Of a stretch of DNA of 64,000 nt, positions 47,963-55,998 are shown one piece after another. Origin of the DNA: an uncultured delta proteobacterium (GTDB lineage Bacteria > Desulfobacterota > Binatia > UBA9968); the NCBI GenBank assembly GCA_963745035.1, contig CAVUVW010000013.1:608001-672000 (forward strand), written 5' to 3'. Both the position numbers and the translations under genes were made by a program. Under the pieces are notes generated by a model. That model worked only from the letters and a program-made list of their open reading frames with translations. It did no database searches and was not told the origin of the DNA. Position 1 is the stretch's first letter. Every line of letters begins with the position of its first letter.

Positions 47963-49076
47963 TTAATTGAAGCGTTGCCAGCCCGCGGCGCGATAGGCTT
48001 CGAACGTATAATCGAGCAAACGAGTCAAACCAAACTCTTTTTCTGCCTTCGCGCGTGCCGCCTCTCCCATGCGCCGGCACAGCGCATGGTCGCCGGCCAG
48101 CCTTGCGATACGCTCGGCAAAGGACTCGGCGTCGTTGCCGTCAACGATGAATCCGGTTTTGCCTTCGTCAACGAGCGCGGGAATGTCGCCGGCCTGCATC
48201 GCCACGACGGGACGGCCGCACGCCATGGCTTCCATCACGACGTTGGGACAGCCTTCATTTTCAGAGGTGTGCGCCAGGATCGCAGCCTGAGACAGCAGAG
48301 CTGGGATTTCTTCCCTGCGGCCGGCGAACTCTACACGATCGGTCACGCCGAGATCCCTTGCCTGCGTCTCCAGCCGCTCTCGGAGCGGGCCGTCGCCGAC
48401 GAGTTGCACAAGAAATTCGATGTTTCTTTGCTTCAGCAAAGAAGCCGCCCGCAGCAAGCGATCCCAGCGTTTCACGGGCGACAGCGATCCGATACCGATA
48501 ATTTTCAGAAGTCTTTGATCCACCGGCGGCAGTGTACTTGAACTGTTCGGTATCGATGCCGTTGCGCACCACAAAGACATGCCTCGGGACAAAATAATTA
48601 TCCGTCTGGCGAGCGCTTTCAGCGGCGGCGAAACTGTTGAAGATCTGATGGCGCGGCCACCGCGCGCACACTCTGCCCAAAGAGCCGTACTCCGATCGTG
48701 AGCGGTGAAAATCACTTCTCACCGAGCCCACCGGAATAGACTTGGTGCCGATGGCGGCATACCAGGCCGCCAGATTGGTATAAAAGCTGTAAGAATGAAC
48801 CACCTCGGGATTGAGCCTGCGAAGGAGCTTGCGCAGTACCGCCATTTTTTTGATTCTTGAGCTCCCTCCGCTGAGGCCGTGAAGAGGCACGCCCAGGGCG
48901 CGAATGCGCGAGACATACTTTTCATCTTCACGAAAGTGCCAAACCAACACCTGCGGTTTGTGGCGTTCTCGATCCATAGTCTCGAGGAGATAGCAGAGTT
49001 GCCGCTCCAAACCGCCGTCGCGTAGTTGACCCACGACGTAAAGAAGGCGGCAGTCCGCCGGGCTCGTGGATTGCAA
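47963..49076 (-). pseudogene. GT4 glycosyltransferase, split by a +1 frameshift near 48536 as sequenced
   Basis: N-half has GGLERQL and VRNGID. C-half has IGSLSPVKRW, VGDGPLR and EGCPNVVMEAMACG. Confidence 0.8.
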
Positions 49077-49172
49077 GCTACTCAGCCCTTAAGCAACGGT
49101 GTCACGGGAGGATTGATTGACCACGGGATAAATGTATTGCGGCTCAAATAGCCGAGATCTCGCCTTTTTTAC

Positions 49173-50234
49173 TTATACTTTCGCGAAACTTGTTGATCTA
49201 TTGCTTAGCCAACTTGTCATTCCACGCAGTCCAATCACGGGCAAACGAAATTGCAATCGATAGCCCCAGCGATTGAAACGGCCGAGCGACTGCCGGTACC
49301 ACTCATCGTAGCCATCGAGGCTCAGCGGACGGCTCACTTTGATGAAGCGCCGCAACGCTCGCTCCTTCCAGTCCGGCCGCGTTTCATGCGCGCCGCGCCA
49401 GTAGGAATAAATATCCCAAGCCAGCCGTTTGCCGCGCGTAAATTTAAACTCCACCACGAGGGCTTCCCGGTTGCGGCGTACCTGCTTCCGAATCCAACCG
49501 CCGGCAGGGGATCGCACGTTGCTGAAAAAAAAGTTTCCCAGGCTGTAGAAGACCGGCCGGTCGCTGATGATTTCCGCGCCGCGGATGACGTGCGGGTGAT
49601 TGCCAATGACGGCGTCGGCGCCTCCATCCAGCAGCTTACCCGCCAGCAATCGATCTTGTGGCCTTGGGAACGAAAAACACTCATCGCTCCAGTGCATATA
49701 AACGATCACCCAATCGACCGACCGACGCAATGCGGTAATAGCACGCAGCGCGAGTGACTCACCGGGCCAAACGTTAGGTCCGATACCCGACGGATCCGGT
49801 CCTTCGGGATGTGTTTCCGGAGTAACCCAGTTAAGGACTCCCACTCGCCCTTCGGGTCCCTCCCAAATCCATGGCCGGCTGATTTCATTGTTGGTAAGGC
49901 CGCCGCCAACGATATCGATTCCGACACCCTTCAGGCTTTCGACGGTCTCTACGACGCCGTCGACACCGCCGTCCATCAGGTGATTGTTGGCCAATCCCGC
50001 GACCGCGGGAACCCAGTTCTTAATCACCTGCACCGCGCCGACCGGAGCAACGTAGCGTCGCATGCTGCCGCTCATACGCGGTTTTTTTACCGACGCGTTG
50101 GCGCACGGAAATTGCCAATTAAAGAGAATGCAGGTTCGCTGCGCCACATGCAGATGGGCAAGCGGGCGTTGCCATTTTTCCAAGACATCGCGTTGTTCGT
50201 CGAGAGCGACGTCGCCAATACAGATGAGCCGCAT
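49173..50234 (-). CDS. CapA/PgsA-family metallophosphoesterase-fold protein
   Basis: IGDV, LANNHLMDGG, YMHWSDE, GNHPHV and YSLGNF motifs. Confidence 0.88.
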   Translation of the reverse strand: MRLICIGDVALDEQRDVLEKWQRPLAHLHVAQRTCILFNWQFPCANASVKKPRMSGSMRRYVAPVGAVQVIKNWVPAVAGLANNHLMDGGVDGVVETVESLKGVGIDIVGGGLTNNEISRPWIWEGPEGRVGVLNWVTPETHPEGPDPSGIGPNVWPGESLALRAITALRRSVDWVIVYMHWSDECFSFPRPQDRLLAGKLLDGGADAVIGNHPHVIRGAEIISDRPVFYSLGNFFFSNVRSPAGGWIRKQVRRNREALVVEFKFTRGKRLAWDIYSYWRGAHETRPDWKERALRRFIKVSRPLSLDGYDEWYRQSLGRFNRWGYRLQFRLPVIGLRGMTSWLSNRSTSFAKV

Positions 50235-50288
50235 CGAATAACCTGGAGCGATTCTTCGAAACCAAAAGAACCGAAGTGGGGGGAGAGA

Positions 50289-51596
50289 TTAAACAGCCCG
50301 CACGCCCGCCTCGCGGGCGCCCAAGTTCTTCGGACGAGCGCGGAGATACGCGTAATGCCGAGCGGGTGAGACTACAAAGGTTGCACTTGCCAGCGAGTAG
50401 GCCAACACAAACCAGAAAAACTTCTTGTGCAAGTACGTGCCCTTCAAATTGACCGCCAGAAAGAGCAACAGCAATGCCAGCGGCAGCGCTCCTTGAAAGG
50501 ATCTGCGCGCTCGCCACGCCGCTTTCAAGCACATCCAGAGTCCGAATAGAAACGGGATCGTGCCCAGAACACCTACTTCGGTTAAGAGATAAAGGTATAG
50601 ATTGTGAATATCTCTCTCCGGGAGGCCAAGCCGGGAACCCAACTCGACGCGATTACGCATGGGGCCCCATCCCAGAGGCTGTTCCTTGAACATCTCAAAA
50701 GCATAATAATAAATCTCCTGGCGTCCCGACAGATCGCCCTGGGTGAGGGTCTTTTCCCAACGGAGCCTCACCGCGTCAATCTGGTACGAAGCAATGACGA
50801 GAACTACGATCCCGACGACGATCGCGAAGCTCATCTTGATCTTCATGGCGAGATTGGCCTTGATAAGGGGAAAAATCAGTAAAGCCCCCACCAGAGCGAG
50901 AAGCGCGCCTCGCGACCCGGTGCGAACCAAGCCAATGGTCATGAGCCCGAAACAAGGCCAGAACAGAAGCTGCAGTTTCGCACTGCCTTTAAAAAAGCCT
51001 TGTTTGAGACCCACCAACGCGAGTGTTCCAAGCGCGAGTGTGACTCCCACCAAGTTCGCGTTGGCTTCCCCCACAGTGGCCCGTGCCGCTTCCTCCGCAC
51101 TAAGTCCCGCAACGATCAACCCGCCAACGATCGTGCAGGAAGCGACAAGCGTCAGCAACGACCCCTTAACGACCCGCTTGTACTGAAGGATATTGTAAGA
51201 GACCCAGAAGAGAACGAGAAGCTGAAACAGTGTCAAAAAGCGAAGAATAATATCTTTCGAAAGCTCGGAGCCGGAGAGAACGAAAAAGATTCCCCATACC
51301 GAATGCAAGTAAAGATAGGTAGCAAACAACCAAAATACCTTGGGAGGCATCCTCCAGCATAACCGGGGTTGCAGCACCGTCACAATAATGAACAGGACAC
51401 CGATCAATTTGGGTATGGTACCAACAACGCGGATCCCCACATCCACAGACTCGAAGGGTATGGAAAAAATAAAGCCGTAGTAAAAGTAACGGATGATCGG
51501 CTTGGGCTCTCCGTTGCCAATCCGCGCCGATCGTTTTCGGCGGATTCCGCCCTCCAACGCAGCCGGCGTTTCAAAATTATTTGTCGGCATCTTCAT
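50289..51596 (-). CDS. O-antigen ligase / Wzy polymerase family membrane protein
   Basis: About 10 TM helices; NAN, TGSRGALL, SGR and HNLYL...EVGVLG motifs. Confidence 0.88.
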   Translation of the reverse strand: MKMPTNNFETPAALEGGIRRKRSARIGNGEPKPIIRYFYYGFIFSIPFESVDVGIRVVGTIPKLIGVLFIIVTVLQPRLCWRMPPKVFWLFATYLYLHSVWGIFFVLSGSELSKDIILRFLTLFQLLVLFWVSYNILQYKRVVKGSLLTLVASCTIVGGLIVAGLSAEEAARATVGEANANLVGVTLALGTLALVGLKQGFFKGSAKLQLLFWPCFGLMTIGLVRTGSRGALLALVGALLIFPLIKANLAMKIKMSFAIVVGIVVLVIASYQIDAVRLRWEKTLTQGDLSGRQEIYYYAFEMFKEQPLGWGPMRNRVELGSRLGLPERDIHNLYLYLLTEVGVLGTIPFLFGLWMCLKAAWRARRSFQGALPLALLLLFLAVNLKGTYLHKKFFWFVLAYSLASATFVVSPARHYAYLRARPKNLGAREAGVRAV

Positions 51597-51832
51597 TGTT
51601 AGTCACGAACCTAGGCGAGCTTTCAAAGGTCGACCCGAAAGCTGCTCCCGATGGAAAATCCAGTTTCTTTATGATAGCCGGCCATGCAAACGCGGCATCC
51701 GGAGCCGCTATCGGAACCGAGCAGACGTCAGGGCCGCAATAAAAATCAGATGTTTCATGGATGCTGCTGCCAGGGGGCATTTGACGAGTGATCTGCCGCC
51801 TAGCAAGCGCATTGCGATCGCTGCCGTGGTGT

Positions 51833-53212
51833 TTATATTGAAGGATGGGCAGGTTCATACTCAGAGACTACTAACCGTATTTTGCCGGCGGCGGTTCTGT
51901 CGATACGGGATACACAAGAGAGCGAGACAGAAACACCAGAAAGGTTGTCGCGCAGTATCCGTTCGATGCTAGCCATCTGATCGGCCGTGAACTGCGGACC
52001 CGGAACTAATGAAATCTGGACATCACTGCTTGCGGCTTGTCTCACCTGGAACTCACGCACGTCAAAATTTCCGAATATACTTGGAAATTTGACGCCATGA
52101 ATCGTCCCGCCATCGGGTAGTGAGACGAAGTCAACCGTACGCCCGACGATTTGCTCCAAAAACTCCGCTGGCGCATCAGCCCCGGACTGCGGAAATTTTG
52201 CTCGATCACCCAAGCGGTAGCGTAGGAATGGCATTCCAAGCCGGTGAAGATCGGTGACTATGACTTCGCTTCCTGTTTCCGGGTCGGACTCACCGTAGGG
52301 CTCGACCATGATGTTTGCTCCCGCGACATGGAGACGTCGATTCGATGAGTCTAGCTGCATGGCGATCAATCCACAGTCACGGCTCCCATACGACTCGTGC
52401 ACGGGCACGCAAAAAACTTCTTCAATGATTCGTCGTTGGATCGGGTCGAGCTTTTCGGCTCCGGTAATTATTCCGCGCTTTGGATAGCAGGGCCGCTTAC
52501 CGCGCTCCCGCAAACGGTGCGCGAGAAGTGCCAGCGGCGAGGTATAACACCATAAAAATTCAGGCTTGTAAGCTGACATCCGCGCATCGACTTCATCCAA
52601 AATTTGGTCGCTCAAATGATAACAGTCGTGCGACTGTCGATGCGCGAGCCAGTTTGATAATTGCGTTCTTATCTTGTTTTTGGCCAACGGGCCGCTTGGC
52701 GCACCCCATAGCATCCCTGTACGATCGCCGGCACTGTAACCGATTTTGGAAAATCCCCACTCCGACTGCACGCTTCGCCACGCGGAGGCGCGTTCGTCAA
52801 GCCAAAATCGAACACGCACGCCGGTGCTTCCCGCGGTGGAATTAGCTCGCATTTTGTCGCGGCTGAATCCTTCTGCGACAAAGTCTTCGACACGATCGAT
52901 AACTGTTTTTTTATCTAGAGCCGGCAGTTGCCGATAATCCGCGAAAGTAAAATTCGCCTTTGGATCGAACCCAACGTTACGGAACAACTCCTGATAATAG
53001 GGCACTTTTTCACCCGCCCATCGAACAAGCGTTCGTAACTCCTTCAGAATCAGATATGATCGCTCCTCAGCATGCCCGTTGGACCAAGCGCCGAAACCGG
53101 CACGAGCTTCGCGGACGAAAGCGCGACATTTGCGCCTACTCTCGGTCCAAGGACCAAGAATAATCCAAGGAATGAAAAAGTTGCGACTAAGCCATGTACG
53201 GGTTGTGACCAT
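51833..53212 (-). CDS. Phenylacetate-CoA ligase family adenylate-forming protein (CapK-like)
   Basis: VPYY, LPALDK, STAGSTG P-loop, YGSRDCG, VTDL and MPFLRYRLGD motifs. Confidence 0.87.
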   Translation of the reverse strand: MVTTRTWLSRNFFIPWIILGPWTESRRKCRAFVREARAGFGAWSNGHAEERSYLILKELRTLVRWAGEKVPYYQELFRNVGFDPKANFTFADYRQLPALDKKTVIDRVEDFVAEGFSRDKMRANSTAGSTGVRVRFWLDERASAWRSVQSEWGFSKIGYSAGDRTGMLWGAPSGPLAKNKIRTQLSNWLAHRQSHDCYHLSDQILDEVDARMSAYKPEFLWCYTSPLALLAHRLRERGKRPCYPKRGIITGAEKLDPIQRRIIEEVFCVPVHESYGSRDCGLIAMQLDSSNRRLHVAGANIMVEPYGESDPETGSEVIVTDLHRLGMPFLRYRLGDRAKFPQSGADAPAEFLEQIVGRTVDFVSLPDGGTIHGVKFPSIFGNFDVREFQVRQAASSDVQISLVPGPQFTADQMASIERILRDNLSGVSVSLSCVSRIDRTAAGKIRLVVSEYEPAHPSI

Positions 53213-53353
53213 TTCTACCTACTCTAAAGTTTCCTTAGCGTACTATTCTGGACTTTATCGACACAGATCGCATGCTGCTGCCTATTAGCTGGTTAGGCCC
53301 CAACCTGAGATTCACCTGACCGGGCAAACCTCTCGATGGACGAACTAAGATTG

Positions 53354-54688
53354 TTAGTAACTGTTCGCCGAATGGCTTTTCGCAACACTCGTATCAAGGT
53401 CTTTTGCAATATGTGGCCATGAGAAACTCTCCGCCGCTTCACAGTTTGGCATGGATCCAAGCATTAGCTTTTTGATATATTCAGAGATTCCTTCGACGTT
53501 ACCACCAGAAAAACACACAATTCCAGGTATTCCTCTTACGATCGCGTCAAGATCGCTCCCTTTAGGGGTAATGAGTAGAACGGGTGTTTTGAGACCCAAA
53601 GCTTCGTACACCTTACCGGTCATAATGCCCATGTCTTCCATGGGAGCATCATCACTGACGGAGGTGATCACTATGGCAAGACTGGCCCCTCGAACCGCGG
53701 CTAACGCAGCGGCGTGAGGTACCCATCCATGTGAAATAACCTTCGACGTAACGCCGAACCGGGCCGCCTCATTCAATACGTGTGCTTGCTGCCGACCATA
53801 ATAGTGAAAAAACCATTCCGCCTCGTTTTCCTGGTTTTCCATGAGCCTCTTTAGGGCTGCCATGATTGGTGAAATTACTCTCTTAGGAGGATAAAACGTT
53901 CCTGCATATACAATCGCAAAATGACCAAAGTCATAGGGCTCGACACCAGCCAGGTCCTCAGGATCGTAGCCATTTGAGACCACATGCAGTTTTGACGCAA
54001 TATCGTAGCGGTGATCCAAAGCCTTTGCCCACGAGGGAGATACAATCGTAACGGCAGCACTGCCGGCGATTAGTCGGCTTTCTCCCTCTAGCTCTTTTCG
54101 ACGCAGAGAACGACGCCGGTGAGGATTCTGCGTCCACGGGTCGCGATAATCCATTACGTAGGGGCAGTCGAGTCGATCGGACAACCGCTTCGCTAAAGTA
54201 AAGGACGCGAAGGGGGAACCCGTTGCCAAAATAACGTCTACGTCACCTTTCGAAAACCGCCTGCATTCCTTCTCTGCTTCTTGAATCCATCCAATGTTGC
54301 TGTCAATCCCAAGTGTTGCTGCAAATCTGCGACACAACGCTCCAAGAAACCATCCGATCCCTCTGTTCCAGCAGTTTAGCGAACGCGGTAGCAAAAATCG
54401 CCATCGATGCCGCGTCAAAATACGCCTGATTCCTTCTTGGCGTAGCTTGGAGCTCACCAAATCGGGATCATCGCTCTGTCGCCAAACGGACGGGTGAGGA
54501 GTGACAACCGTGACTTCCCACCCGAGGCGTGTAAGATATTTCGCAATATTCCAAGTCCTCGTACAGGCGGGCGCGCGTGACGGGGGGAACGGCTTGGCTA
54601 GAAACAGCAGCTTAGGTGATTTAGGTGTCCGCCTTTCGTGCGGGCATTCATCTTTCTGTATGGATCTGTGAGCAGTCATATAAACCAA
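53354..54688 (-). CDS. GT4-like glycosyltransferase
   Basis: FPP, ATGSPF, DYRDPW, NGYD, YAGTFY and GKVYE motifs. Confidence 0.85.
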   Translation of the reverse strand: MVYMTAHRSIQKDECPHERRTPKSPKLLFLAKPFPPSRAPACTRTWNIAKYLTRLGWEVTVVTPHPSVWRQSDDPDLVSSKLRQEGIRRILTRHRWRFLLPRSLNCWNRGIGWFLGALCRRFAATLGIDSNIGWIQEAEKECRRFSKGDVDVILATGSPFASFTLAKRLSDRLDCPYVMDYRDPWTQNPHRRRSLRRKELEGESRLIAGSAAVTIVSPSWAKALDHRYDIASKLHVVSNGYDPEDLAGVEPYDFGHFAIVYAGTFYPPKRVISPIMAALKRLMENQENEAEWFFHYYGRQQAHVLNEAARFGVTSKVISHGWVPHAAALAAVRGASLAIVITSVSDDAPMEDMGIMTGKVYEALGLKTPVLLITPKGSDLDAIVRGIPGIVCFSGGNVEGISEYIKKLMLGSMPNCEAAESFSWPHIAKDLDTSVAKSHSANSY

Positions 54689-54784
54689 TACGTCTTTAGA
54701 ATCGTCAAACTTCTCCCATGGTCCTGATCGATAGACTGCTCAGCCGCTCTCTAGTTGGTGTGTAAGCAGATTTGAAAACTTAGC

Positions 54785-55912
54785 TTATGAAGTCGCACGA
54801 ACCGTCGCAGATGAAAAATCCTGACGCGCCAGCACTTCGACGATTCTTTCCGCCGCGTGGCCGTCCCACAATTCGGGAGTTTGGATGTCGCGGCCATTGC
54901 GGCTCAGCGCCGACGAGATCGTGGAGCGAATTTTCGCCGGATCGTTGCCCGCCAGTTGATTGCAGCCGGATTCGATGGTGACCGGACGCTCGGTGTTGTC
55001 GCGCAGGGTGACGCACGGCACCCGCAACACGGTCGCTTCCTCTTGTACTCCGCCGGAGTCGGTAAGGATAATGCGCGCCTTGCGATTGAGGGCGAGCATG
55101 TCGAGATAGCCGAGCGGCGGGCTCACAATGATACCTGAGACTTTGTCCAGCCGCTGCAAGATGCCCCATTGCTCCAGGTTTTTTCGCGACCTAGGATGCA
55201 GCGGCCATAGGATCGGCAGCTCGCAGCCGATTTCGCTGAGCGCATCGATTATGCCGCCCAACGTAGCCGGATCATCGACGTTGCTCGGCCGATGCAGGGT
55301 CAAGGTCGCGTAGCGACCCTCCTCCACTCCGAACCGGCGCAGAGTATCGCGATCCTGGGTCCGGGCAAGGAGCGCCAGCAGCGAATCGATCATGACATTG
55401 CCGACGAAATGAATGCGCTCCGGCGCGACGCCTTCTCCCCGCAGGTTGCGATCGGCGTCGCGGGATGGCGTGAACAGCAAGTCGGAAACGCTGTCGGTGA
55501 CAAGACGGTTGATTTCCTCCGGCATCATCCAATCTCTGCTGCGCAGGCCGGCCTCCACGTGGGCGACCGGGAGACAGAGCTTCTTGGCGGTGATTGCACA
55601 GGCCATGGTAGAGTTGACATCGCCGACGACGACCACCACGTCGGGCCGGTCCTGCACGCAGACCTGCTCGAACGCCATCATGATTTTGCCGGTTTGCTCC
55701 GCGTGCGTTCCCGACCCGATGCCCAAAAAGAGATCCGGCGCGCCGAGGCCGAGCTCTTCCAGAAACACGTCAGACATGTCGAAATCGTAATGCTGGCCTG
55801 TGTGCAATAGCTTGGCGCTGAACTGCCCGGGGCGCTCACGGAGCTCTTTCATGAGCGGCGCCACCTTCATAAAGTTAGGCCGCGCGCCCGCGACGAGTAA
55901 GACGTTGATCAT
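54785..55912 (-). CDS. wecB: UDP-N-acetylglucosamine 2-epimerase (non-hydrolysing)
   Basis: GARPNFMK, HTGQHYD, HVEAGLRS, PEEINR, TDSGGVQEE and TERP motifs. Confidence 0.96.
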   Translation of the reverse strand: MINVLLVAGARPNFMKVAPLMKELRERPGQFSAKLLHTGQHYDFDMSDVFLEELGLGAPDLFLGIGSGTHAEQTGKIMMAFEQVCVQDRPDVVVVVGDVNSTMACAITAKKLCLPVAHVEAGLRSRDWMMPEEINRLVTDSVSDLLFTPSRDADRNLRGEGVAPERIHFVGNVMIDSLLALLARTQDRDTLRRFGVEEGRYATLTLHRPSNVDDPATLGGIIDALSEIGCELPILWPLHPRSRKNLEQWGILQRLDKVSGIIVSPPLGYLDMLALNRKARIILTDSGGVQEEATVLRVPCVTLRDNTERPVTIESGCNQLAGNDPAKIRSTISSALSRNGRDIQTPELWDGHAAERIVEVLARQDFSSATVRATS

Positions 55913-55998
55913 GGGTGTAATGAGAGATTACCGAGTCCCACCGCTCCCGCTGCGTCTGGCAAGACTATCCGCGAGCGAGCTGAACTGGGAACGGCCTC

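Noticed and set aside
49173-50234. Poly-gamma-glutamate capsule synthesis
   Set aside because: Only a CapA-fold gene is present; no capB or capC is in the window.
51577-51858. 93-aa ORF bridging the CapK-like and Wzy-like genes
   Set aside because: It overlaps both neighbours, but has no recognisable motif or RBS. It cannot be supported, though not strictly excluded.
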